Of a stretch of 64,000 nucleotides of DNA, positions 12,401-24,617 are shown in pieces. The translations under genes were made by a program, and so were the position numbers. How positions within the stretch are numbered: position 1 is the stretch's first letter; each line of letters starts with the position of its first letter. This stretch comes from Takakia lepidozioides (lineage: Eukaryota; Plantae; Bryophyta): assembly GCA_030704615.1 (NCBI GenBank), contig CM060734.1:44020001-44084000 (forward strand), written 5' to 3'. The notes beneath the pieces were generated by a model that saw only the letters and a program-made list of their open reading frames with translations, was not told where the DNA came from and did no database searches.

Positions 12401-15400
12401 GTGACAAATTCTCCAACGACATATGTAATTGCAGAGCAGAATACTAAGCTCAAGTGTGCCAATTTAGAGGGTGAAGAACTGCCGCCCACAACACTAAGTT
12501 GAAGTCTGCCGAATCAAGGAGTAGATGGACTCCCAGACCTCCTGCTTCTCCTCATTCCAGGTAAAAGGTTGATCGGGAGGACCCATCAATGCCACCAATT
12601 TCATAAGAGTTTGGATGGCAAATATGAGAAGCAAAATCTCTCCTCTACCAGAAGGAGGATCATATTGGGCCATGTTTGTCCTAAAATAGTGGGCTATGAA
12701 GTTTTAATCATGAACCCATTTCATTGCAAAAGAAAACAAGGGAACCATTTGTGAAACTTTTGAACACTACATGAATGAAACATAAATTGGAAGCTTTGAT
12801 CAGTGTTCCAAGTGAGCACCATTCTACGTACCTTCTTAAATAGTCACCACTCTTCAATATTTGGCATCTTGGAGCCTTTGTGTGCACACAGACAACCGAG
12901 CTTGGACGAGTCTGGTCAAAAGTCTTCCTTTCCAAAGGGAATATAGGTTTTGAAACCATTGTTGCAAAAGTTGCACGACTGTTACTCTTATACTTCACAG
13001 TAGTAGTTTAAAAAGTCTTGATCCACACATCCAAGCCAATATTTTGCTTGTCAACTTGTGGAGAGAACATACTTGAACCAAGTTTGGCTTCAACACAAGG
13101 TAGGCTCTGGAGCCCAAGACAGATGGAAGTTGGGCCACTGAAGTTCTTGATCTAGATAGTGACAATTATGTGTCAGCATTGGAACCTGGTTGGGGTGCTT
13201 GGGTATGCTACAGAGGTCACTGGTCAAGACAATTGTGGGACAAGCATGTGTGGATTGGAGGAAAATCACTTTCCCAGCAACTCGGGACATCTAAAAGTAC
13301 TTGACAAAATAGAGTGGGTAGGCCTTTGAGTGACCGCCTTGTCATCAGAGATGGGATAGGCGCCATGAGTCATGCAAAGGTGTAGACTATGTCATTCAAT
13401 CTTTAACCATGAAAAGACATTTCCAGCATTGCTGCACTGACATGAAGTCAGGTGTCATCATCACATCCGCTTTCCCTTCTTCTCTCCTTTTAAGTCATGC
13501 CGCACTGAGATGAAACTGAGATGGACGTAAAGACTTTGGTCTCAACAAGAAGGATAACATGTTATGGATGTTAGTATGATCATAGAGGTGACCTGGACTG
13601 ATGCACTATATCTTCCAATTGGAAATGACATATCTGTTTTACCAGTCACCAATTAAATGGATGGGATGGTGGGACAGGATGAAACTTTGTGAGACAAATC
13701 CCTTTCCCTTTGCCACAAGGACTATATGGTTTCTCAAGTTGTGGATGGTTTCATTGAGGATCTACAATGGCCCCCAGATGATTGCCAATGCAAGGTCTAA
13801 CCCACACACTGGGGATAATTTTGTAGACTGAAAGGCCGCAAAGAAATAGAACTTACAAGTGAGTTATTCCCCCTTGTGCTAAATTTTCAACAATGGCAAG
13901 GAAAACAAACTAAAGTGTTGTCCTCGGAGCCAGGAAAGCTCAAAAAGTCTAGTTTGGCTAGTTCCTAAGTTTGGACCAGGTGTCAACCCAGTTATCAACC
14001 AGGATATTGAAGAGCCAATCCACCGGGTCCGAAATATTAAATACCGGATCTTAAAAGATAGCCAATGGGTATGAGAATTCGGAAAAATATTTCGACCGCC
14101 TGGTGTAGTACTGGGCCAACACTTGCTTCAAAATTAATTACCAGCCTTGGCATTTGACTGTGTTCATGATAACGGGAACTGTCGGTTATGTAAAACCAAA
14201 CCAATTGACATAATTGGGTCCTAAGGGTATTATACAGATGTGAGAACCTGCCCACAGGGTGGTCTTCACTACTTGGAGGGAAGAAATATTTGTGGGTATT
14301 ATTGCCTCGGATCCTCAATGCAAGTAGAACCCTCAGCAGATAACTTTTAATATAGATGGGATTGAGTAGGAAACCCTTGCTCACTTGGGACATTCTAACT
14401 CTCTTAGGGGCATTTGCTGTGCTAGCTGTAGAACACTTTGTAGTGTAAAGAACATTTGGCCCCACTGTGTCACCGTCAGAATATTGTCTTCAGGCACCCG
14501 TACATCAGGCAATTACAATCTCCTCTTCCTCTCTGCATCTGGTTATTGTTCAAAGGTAGGCTTCCCGCCCTGAGGAAAGCCAAAAAGCAAATGCAAGATG
14601 AAACTCGTTTTGCCGTCATTTTGGTGCTATTTTGAGTTTGGTCTTGTCTTTTTTTTGCTTGTATTTTAATCCCCTGCTCTTTTGACATTTATTGCACTTC
14701 AACTTCTCTTTTGGCCAAACTGACCTAACTCACCCTCCATCCCCTGGACTTAACCGATAACTTTATTGTAATAAACAGAAGGAGATGTTATTAGTTTCCC
14801 AAAATTTGAAGCAACTGGTTCAGTGATGGAAAAAACCAAATTATCACCCAACATTGGTAAGGTTTTATTCTGTGTACGTTATCAAGTCCTTATGTGGTAG
14901 GTTAAAACAGTTTATTGGGGTAAGGACCCCTTCGGTTGTGAGAGCATCATGGAGAAAAGAGGAGGGGTTTGTGCATGATCAATATAACTAGGTTGTCAAT
15001 TTAAGTTTTCGTCATAATTTTATTTTTATTTTTATTTTATTTTTTCATAAGGGGGTATTGAATGGTTACCGTCAGCCACATGGCCACTTGTCCATCCACA
15101 CACTTAATTAATGTATAGGTTGTTTGTTATGCAGGTCATCATCTGTAAAACCAGAGGGTAGCCACTATGGTGGGTCTTCTAATAAGTCCATAATTTCTTT
15201 GTTGAAATGCTATATGTCGTCTATACGTCTTTGACTTAATTGTTTCATCCAACCAGTCACAGCACTACCCTCTCCTATGACCCCCCATTTTCTGGATAAG
15301 TTGTAGGAGCAGGTATTTTGTGTCCACTACATAATTTATGGACCCTTGATTGATCATGAATCAAGGATTATATTGCGGTCGTCTTTTATTTGTAATGAAA

Positions 15401-17288
15401 TACACAAATGGATGGTCACACATATTCATTGCCAAATATAGAAGCCAAATATTGACTTATCATTGTTGTTGGTATAATCGAGGTCATAGGGTAGTATGTT
15501 GGTACGTTTACGCTGAATACAAATCCTCTTGTTTTATGCGCAATACAAGCCCTCGTCTTGTTGTTTGGAGAAGTCAAGGTCATAGGTACATTGGTAGTTT
15601 CACATTGAATACAATTTTTTATTTTTTATTTTTTATTTTTTTAACAAAACAAAAGTTTGGATTGTTGTAGTCATAGATACCTAAGTATTAACGACAATTC
15701 ACATGTTGTTTTTTCTTTTGTTTTTCTAGGTGATTATTTTATTAAAACCAAGGTCAAAGGTACATTTTCACATTGAATACAATTTTTATGTGTTGGCTTT
15801 TGTGTTGAAGTCGTCGTGGTCGTAGATACAAGACTAATGTCAACAAACACAATAGCCAAAAAAAAAGGTTTGTTTCTTAGGTTATTGTTTATAACATGGC
15901 CAACAGGTACATTGATATTTTCACAGAACTAGTGTTGATTTCGATTAACGTCAATGTTATAAAGTATGGTGTTTTGCCCCAAATATAAAGCCCCAGATTT
16001 TCACATAACATTATTTTATTCAAGTCAAGTCATCGTGATAGACGTTGGGTAAAGTCCTAGATATCATGCGTGTTTTCATGGAAGTTAAACCCCAGATGAT
16101 CGTACAAATTTATTCTTACTCAAGTCAACTTGGTCGTACTAAGGAGTCTGGTCATGTTTTCATCTCAAACATTAAACTTTTTAAATTTATTTTTCAGTGA
16201 AGGTCAAGTGTGTCCACTTGTAACCACTAGATGTTATTGAGGTCAAGGCCATAGGTATGTTGATGTTCCAGCCCCAGATTTATTGAAGCCAAGATAGACA
16301 TGTTAATATTTTTATCCTAAATAATACAGTACCTCGGGTATGCTATACTAGTCGAGGTATTGGTATTGCGTCCACTGTAACAACTATGTAATACTAGCTG
16401 GTATGAGTACAACACAAATTTTTTAAATTTATGGGTGGTATGAATAATGCAGTAATGTTGGTTCATGACCTCACATAAACTCGATATTGCAAGGAGTTTA
16501 GTATCAGCCTGTTCCTAGTTCGGGTCTGGTATTAGCTCTACAACTCAAAATGGCTCACAAAAACTGTACCAATGTTTAGCTCGGAATGTAAATAAAATCA
16601 TATTAAATTTTCATGTGCAGAGCTGAATGCAAGCAATTGAATAATGTCCTTATAATCAAATAAACTCCTCATGAATTGTCAGTTTCAATAACGAAACCAC
16701 TAGGTGTCCATAAAGCGGATGGAAATGGATCATTTGAATTCTTGAAATAGAGTTGAAATAATCCATCCTCCATTGGTTCTCCAATTTTTGCTTAGGAATT
16801 TTTTCCCTAACTACGGATTCATATTAGTCTCTAAACCCTAGATGCACACATGAAAAAATATATGGAGTCATGCCAAATTGCTTGAATCAATGCATCCAGA
16901 TGCCGGTTTTGATTCACTCCGGAAAAAATGGGTTGGCAGAAAAACTTTATAATCTTCAAAATTGAACGGTGACATTGTCTCATTTTTGGTATGGTAGTAT
17001 GTTTATTATGTATCCATGAACTTATAAGGTTCATTTCACAGGATAGTTCATGGTAGGTCTGTAGCAATGTTGTACTGATATCAGACTTTTAAAATACCAG
17101 CCGGGTCCAAGTCTTGAGGGGGTTCAAAATTTGAGCAGCGGTATGGTCCTAGGTATTAAAGAACAAGGTTTTCACAAATAGAATATTGGTATAAGTATTG
17201 CCTTTTTGAGAAATTGGCATATGGTTTTAATAGCAAGATATAGCATTTTGAAATATTAGGAATATCAACCCGGATATATATATATAGC

Positions 17289-17889
17289 ACGGGCGGGCCC
17301 CGCCAGTACGACCCTTGGGGTGAGCTCATAAGCCCACCGCCGATTCACCGGGTCAGTGAGATTCTGAAATTTTTCTAAGTCCTTGTTAATCTACTGTGGC
17401 GGACCTTTTAGCGGACTGGGCAGACCCTCCAACAGACCGACTCCAACCTTCTAGCAGACCCTCCAGACCGACGAGCGGACTGACACCTTTCCAACAGACT
17501 GGGCAGACCCTTTCCAGCAGACCCTCCAAGCAGACCGAGCAAACCCCCCTCCAGCAGACCGGCTTGGACCCTTCGACAAAATATATATTTAATAACACAC
17601 CTTACTACCTCGGTACAACATAACAAGATTTGAATGCCACACCTCGTGTTTACCATTCATTGCACTTAACCACCACACTACCCACCAACCTACAAACCCT
17701 TGCAATAACTAATGTTTTATGTGCATATTGTGGGCCCAAGCAGACCGGCTTGCCGGACGGACCCAACAAGCAGATTGGCGGGGATTGGCAAGTCCGGGTA
17801 GGGGCGCTCCCACCCTCCCCTCTGCCACACGCGGGCTTCGCCGCAGCCACATGTGCGGGCATTCATGACCCCATTATTGTTAAATGAGA
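17289..17889. mobile_element. Non-autonomous MULE-like element, copy 1 (left TIR missing), flanked by (TA)n
   Basis: Colinear with 23808-24613, including the GGGCCCCGCCAGTACGACCCTTGGGGTGAGCTC start, GCAGACCCTCCAGCAGACCG micro-repeats and the right TIR GCATTCATGACCCCATTATTGTTAAATGAG. Confidence 0.7.
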
Positions 17890-17891
17890 AA

Positions 17892-18573
17892 CATATATAT
17901 ATATATATATTGCAACATACAGAATCAAGAAGATCCGGAATTTCAATTGTGAAGATTTTCTGTTTATGTTTGTTTTGTTTTGCAACATCCTTCATATCTG
18001 AAAAGGTACGGTCGAAAAGGTACCAATAAGCTACAAATATATAAACCCCTCACATACAAAGATAGATCATCATTATTTCAATATTTTACATCATTTCCTT
18101 TCATCTATTGATTCCTCCAATATTTTTTCATCGTGGCGGTGTCAGTTTACGTACAGAACGTGCACGAGCACGACAACGTGCTACTAGAGCAAGAGATGCG
18201 GAAACCAATGACCAGAGGGATGAAATGCTACGCTACGCGCGGAAGCTGCCCATGTAGCAGCTATTAGGGCCGCAAAGTCCTCCACTCAAGCGGAAGAAAT
18301 GTTGTCAGCTCAAGCCGCTTATCAAGCACCCCATGTAGCAGCCGGTAGGGCCGCAGAGTCCTCCGCTCAAGCGGAAGAAAGGCTGCTAGCTCAAGTCATT
18401 TATCAAGCACCGCATGTAGCAGCAATTGGGGACGCCGGGTCATCTGCTCAAGTGGAAAAAAGGCTGCGAGTGCATACAAATTATCAAGCGGCCCATGTAG
18501 CAGCTGTTATAAGGGATTGGACTTGGACTTAGATGACACTGGACACTTGGGCCAACGGCACAGGCTACCCTAG
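17892..18573 (+). mobile_element. Non-autonomous Helitron copy A carrying an 81-bp tandem repeat
   Basis: 3' end ...GGGCCAACGGCACAGGCTACCCTAG|T (short hairpin, then CTAG at 18570-18573); inverted homolog at ~19593-20010; 5' end uncertain. Confidence 0.65.
18251..18510 (+). repeat. 81-bp (27-aa) tandem repeat, ~3.2 units
   Basis: CATGTAGCAG recurs at 18251, 18332, 18413 and 18494; the unit translates as HVAAGRAAESSAQAEERLLAQVIYQAP. Confidence 0.85.
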
Positions 18574-19349
18574 TATATATATATATATATATTCTGCAAC
18601 ATACAGTACAGGCCCAACTCCATTAAAATGCAGAGTTTTCAAAGTAAATAGATGCAACATTGCACATGATCAGACCTGAATCACAAGACCACACAAAACC
18701 ACCACCCCAAAAACCAAAAAAACTTGGACCCGAACTACAATCCAGCGCCTAAGATTCTCCTCTACAGAGCCATCACCATTCATGATAATGTGCTTGTATA
18801 TGAAGCAAAACCCTACCTAGGTTTGCCTAACTGTAGGTTGGGCTCCCTTATTAGGGTAGTACTGGTGTGCCCTAGGTTTAGTGGTCGACACGTATCCACT
18901 TGATAGGTTCTGTACTTATTCAGTATTGATACCCGACGAAACCCTCAATACCAATACAGCAGTGGTTTATAGCTGCCTCCAATTATTGACTCGGTGGGGT
19001 GGTGAAACTGAATTTGTATTTAGGCAATTAAAAAATTCCAAACCCTTTCATTTCACCAAACACACTAGAGGATGGACTTGAATGTGAGTGTGGAAGCCTA
19101 CTGGTACAGTTACCGGGGTTCACAAAAGGGGGGTCGCCTTTGGCGAGGTATAAAATGCGGAGGGAACTTTGGACAGAAGGGAATAAGGATTTGATAGCGG
19201 GCGCCGGGTGAGTTGTTTGTGTAGTAAGCACATTCATCTCCCATCTTATGTCTATGGTATTTTCACTCCAAATATAGAATTAATTTTTGATATTTTGATT
19301 TTCTTTTGGTAGGGGATAGAGAAAGGATTTAAACTCAAAGAAACCATGA

Positions 19350-21124
19350 CTATGAACATAGCCTATGTCGTTGGCCCAAGTGACCAGTGTTATCTAAGTC
19401 CAAGTGTATATCTCCATGTATCCTACGTCTCCTATGTCAAGGCCCATACGTGAAGAATTAAAAAAACCAATTTATATTTTTCCATGAATTTATTGAGTAT
19501 CCAATCATTGTTCCAAGAAAGCCCACTTTGTTATTTTTCACGAATTATTCGTACTATAATTCAAAAAAATCACATAGGACGTACTTGAAATTTAAGCTAG
19601 CAGCCTTTCTTCCGTTTGAGCGGAGAACTCTGCGGCCCTAACAGCTGCTACATTGGTCACTTCCACGCGTAGCCTTTCATCCCTCTCATCATTGGTTTCC
19701 ACATCTCTTGTTCTAGCAGCACGTTGTTGTGCTCGTGCACGTTCTGTACGTAAACTGACACCACCACGACGTCTGGGAGGCATGCTTCTTTTGATAAAAA
19801 TATTGGAGGAATGAATAGATATTGAAAGGAAAGGATGTAAAATATTGAAATAATGATATCCATCTTTGTATGTTCGGAGGGGTTTATATATTTGTAGCTT
19901 ATTGGTACCTTTTCGAACGTACCTTTTCAAATATGAACGATGCTGCAAAACAAAACAAACAAACATAAACATAAAACCTTCACAATTGAAATTCCGGATC
20001 TTCTTTATTCATAGAATTTTTCATACGCAGTTTCTTATATTGTCGAGCCCCATCTAAGACCAAGTGTAATCTCCTATGTCGAGGCCCAAGTGGGACTTCT
20101 AGGATACATTCCAGAAAAAACCAATTTATTTTTCTCATGAATTTATTGAGTAGTAATGTATTTCTTTTCATCAAACAGAAAGAGTAAATCACATTTGAAA
20201 TTCCAGATCTCCCACATGAAAGGCCAATCATTGTATTCCATAACTCATTTTGAGTAGTAATATATATATTTTTCATCAAATAGAAACAGTAACCTTCACA
20301 TTGAAATTCCAGATCTTCTTTACTCATAGAATTTTTCATACGCAGCTTTTTATAATGTCTAGTCCCATCTAAGCCCAAGTGCAATCTCCTATGTAGAGGC
20401 CCAAGTGCGACCTCTAGGATACATTCCAAAAAAAATCAATTTATTTTCTTCATGAAGTTTGGGAGATCTCCACGTCATTGTTCCAACAAAGCCCACTTTG
20501 CTATTTTTGCAATCTCCCCTATCGAGGCTTTAAATATTCATATCTCCACTTTGCTATTACAGTAACCTTCACAATAGATCTTCTTTATTCATAGAATTTT
20601 TCATATGCAGCTTTTTATAATGTCTAGCCCCATCTAAGCCCAAGTTCAATCTCCCATGTAGAGGCCCAAGTGCAACCTCTAGGATACGTTCCAGAAAAAA
20701 AATCAAATTTTTTTTTTCATGAAGTTTGGGAGATCTCCATGTCATTGTTCCAACAGAGCCCACTTTGCTATTTTTGCAATCTCCCCTGTCGAGGCTTTAA
20801 ATATTCATATTTCCACTTTGCTATTTTTCCCGAATTTACAGCGACCAAAAGCACTTGAAATTCCAAATCTCCCACGTGAAGGGTCAATCACTGCTCCAGA
20901 AAAGCCCACTTTGCTATTTTCCCGAATTTTCAGCGACCAAAAGTATTTGAAATTCCATATCTCCCACACCGCGGGGTCCAAAAATTATGAGACCAGGCCG
21001 GTGTCCTCATCAAGGGCTTGCCAACAACACCAAGCACGGGACTGGCCCCTGCGGTTTGGGAGATCTCAACGACGCTACAAAACAAAACAAAACAAACAAA
21101 CAAATGTCTTGCTTCATATATTGA
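19350..21124 (-). mobile_element. Non-autonomous Helitron copy B with internal ~250-310 bp tandem duplications
   Basis: Minus-strand 5' end TCAATATATGAAGCAA at 21124; degenerate 3' hairpin/end near 19350-19400; repeated blocks at ~20010-20830; Rep/Hel N-terminus-like ORF MPPRRRGGVSLRTERARAQQRAAR...ETNDERDERLR. Confidence 0.65.
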
Positions 21125-21700
21125 CTAGGGTAGTCTGTGCCGTTGGCCCAAGTGTCCAGTGTCATCTAAGTCCCAGTGCAATCCCCTATAAATCTAGAGA
21201 CACTCCTGCTTGGGAGATCTAGGCCTACGGTAGCCTCCGCCATTGGCCCATGTGTGAAGAATTGAAATCTAAGCCCAAGTGCAATTTTCTATTCATGTAT
21301 CCAAGTGCATCTCCCCTGTACAAGCCCAAGTGTGCAATGTCATCTAAATCCAAGTGCAATCCCATATCTAATCTTTTTTTTTTCAGAGAGCCTACGACCA
21401 GATTTGAACCGGAGACCTTTCCCTTGATATCTTTCCCGTCGAGGCTCCAACCATTGTCCCATGATTGCCCACTTTGCCATTTTCGCTATTTTTTGTGAAT
21501 TTCCAGCGACCAAAAGTACTTGGAATTCCGTTTCTCCCACACCATAGTTCCAAAAATCATGAGACCAAGCCAGTGCACCCCTCCTCGGCGAGGGCTTTCC
21601 AACGGTACCAAGCACCGGGGCTGGGGCCTCGCGGTTTGGGACATCTCAACGTGACAAAGCACAAAACAAAACAAAACAAACGTGTTGCTTCATATATTGA
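21125..21700 (-). mobile_element. Non-autonomous Helitron copy C, complete termini
   Basis: Minus strand reads A|TCAATATATGAAGCAAC ... GGGCCAACGGCACAGACTACCCTAG|T, with no TSD. Confidence 0.75.
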
Positions 21701-23770
21701 TAAGTGGATGAACAAATTATTTTTGCCTAAGAAAATGGCCTTTGGCCTTCATATATGTAAGTTAGGGCTTGATATCATTGTGATTTTGGTTTTATGTTGA
21801 ATGTCATTTTATGTGCACACATACATTGGATGCTCTAGTCCCTATGACAGAGCAGCCCTAACCAAAAAGAGCTAGGTCCAATAATATCTTATTAAAAAAT
21901 AATAAATAATAAAGACGTCATCTCTTCCATTGCCACGTTTTGAAGGCCATGTCATCAACGTACATTCTTGAAGCTGCCCGGATTGCAGCCCAAAAGAAAA
22001 ATCAATTCTGTCAAATGTGCTCTAATATGTTTTTCTTTCTTTTTTCTTTCACATACTCTGTAAATGTTATAGCACTTCCAAATATCACTTTGATTTGGTG
22101 ATAAGAACGTTTCAATTTACTAATATTTCATGATAGTACATGTAAATATGATAATGATAATAACTGATGAAATGTGAAAATTCTTAATATTAAATTTTTT
22201 TTCTCTTTGGAGGAGGTTTTTGATACTTTACATGTGCCCGTTTTGGCTTTTAGAGTCCTTTTCAAGTGAACCTGCCTTAGCGCCACAGAGCCCCCGAGCG
22301 AAGATATCGCATAACTTTGAGCTATCTTTGAATTAGGGAAATCATACCGTTCACCCTAAAACTAGAGATGATGAAAAAAATGCATGGTCCAGATTTCATC
22401 TAATTTGGAGCAGATCTGCAAAAATTATTAAAATTTTAATTTTGTTTGAGGCCCAATTTTGGCCTGGTGGGCATTTAAGGGTTAACTTTATACATTATTC
22501 ATAGGATTCTCCAATTTATGCGTTTTTTTAATTTTTTGGCAGTAATAATATTTTTGGATGTATTAAGTTTGATTTTATTGACATATAGTTATAGCATATT
22601 AATAGATCTAGGTGTTTAGCTGTCGTGGGGACCACTTGTGAGATACAAGAGGCTGAATGGATTTCATCCCGTCAGCCAAAAATTGATTTTCTTGAATAAT
22701 TTTGAAGTTTTTGCAAAAGGGGCTGAGAAATTGGGGCCTACACGTAACGGTGGCTAATCGCCTACCCTGGGCTGAAAATTTGCAGGTGTTTGACAGAGGT
22801 AGGTATGCAGCAATTGTCGGGTCAATTTTTCCAGATTTTTTTCCAGGTAATTACGGGCATTTTTCATCCAAGAGGTCATGAATTTTTGAAAAGTCAACGA
22901 AGGGTGGTGGGCGTTTAAGGGTTAATGCACATGTATGGTCTTTGACAAGACGGTAGGCTGGTCTCGAACATACTGAATCTTCCCCACCCTCCCTTGAGAA
23001 TGACATGAAATTGAAGGGAATCTAACTTCAGTTCAAGTGACAGTGAAGAGGGAGTGTAAACTCCAGTCGAGCTTACAAGTGCTTACACACACAAGTTTAA
23101 AGGTGCTTATTGAATTGTTGCCTTTCACTTTTTGGCTGCCAACAGCAGTACAATTTCAGTGTTCAGGTATGTTGCACAGTCATGGAAATGTGACAAATCC
23201 ATGATCAGATTTAGCACATTCTTGGCCAATTGAGAGTTTTTGTCTGCGAAGAGATGTATGCTCTTTATTCTTTATGGTCACACATGAAAGCTTGTTTTCA
23301 AGACTTGTGTAGGAAGACTCTATGCAAGACCTGCATATTCATTCCTCATCTTTTTAATCATTCATCTATAAATATCAATTTTTGGAGGTCTAACATTTAT
23401 CCAGGTTTCACCCTAACAAGTGAGGGGAGGGGAGGGGAGGGGAGGGAAGAAATACATAAACCCGTAAAGGCCTATAGAATTTTTCTACCCTTAAATGCAA
23501 AATTCCCATCATTGGCCGCCTTTTTATTCATAACTAAAAGCATTCTAAGATCTAAAGTTGAAGACTATCCATAACTACATCCTCAACCTAGGGGAATTGG
23601 AATATCTTGATTTGTTTGTGAGCATGAAAAATTTCTCCAACCTCTATGAAGGAGGAAATAAATTCACATCTGCTTTTGAAATTCCCAAATGAGCCAATTC
23701 ACGAGTCCAAATTCTCTAAGAGCATGCCTCATGATGTTGGCTACCTTCTCTTATATTTTCAGTTTCTGAA

Positions 23771-24617
23771 GGCTCTCATTTTTTAATAATAGGGTCATGA
23801 ATGCATAGGCGGGCCCCGCCAGTACGACCCTTGGGGTGAGCTCATAAGCCCACCGCCCATTCACCTGGTGGGCGAGATTCTGAAATTTTTCTAAGTCCTT
23901 GTTCTTGTACCGTGGCGGACCTTCTAACAGACTGGGCAAACCCTCCAACAGACCGACTCCAACCTTCTAGCAGACAGGCAGGCAGGCAGACTCTCCAGCA
24001 GACCGACGAGCGGACTGGCACCTCTCCAACAGACTGGGCAGACCCCCCTCCAGCAGACAGGCAATCCAAGCAGACCCCCATCCGGCACCTCCGGCAGACA
24101 GGCTTGGACCCTCCAGCAGACCGGCAAACCCTTCGACAAAATATATAATTAATAACACACATTACTAGGGTTTAGGCAATCCAAGCAGACCCCCATCCGG
24201 CACCTCCGCCAGACATGCTTGGACCCTCCAGCAGACCGGCAGACCCTTCGACAAAATATATAATTAATAACACACATGACCACCACGATGCAACCTAACA
24301 AGATTTGAACATCAAGACCCATATTTATCACTCATTGCTCTTAACCACCACACAACCCACCGCTTTCTACAAATCCATGCAATAACTAATGCTTTATGTG
24401 CATATTGTGGGCCCCAGCAGACCCGCTTGCGGACAGCCCAACATCAAACTGGCAGGGATTGGCAGGGTCAAGGTAGGGAGCCCAACATCAAACTGGCATG
24501 GATTGGCGGGGTCCACGTAGGGGCGCTCCCACCCTCAGCAACCCCCTTTGCCACACGCGGGCCCGCTACAGCCACATGTGCGGGCATTCATGACCCTATT
24601 ATTGTTAAATGAGCAGC
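23771..24617. mobile_element. Non-autonomous Mutator-like element (MITE), copy 2, complete
   Basis: ~30-bp TIRs CTCATTTTTTAATAATAGGGTCATGAATGC / GCATTCATGACCCTATTATTGTTAAATGAG; perfect 9-bp TSD GTTTCTGAA at 23762-23770 and 24618-24626. Confidence 0.85.

Noticed and set aside
17386-17656. Overlapping short ORFs here and at 23842-24331
   Set aside because: By-products of the GC-rich micro-repeats inside the MITE
19980-21222. 149-aa and 167-aa ORFs with internal repeats
   Set aside because: They lie in tandem-duplicated non-coding Helitron sequence and contain no domain
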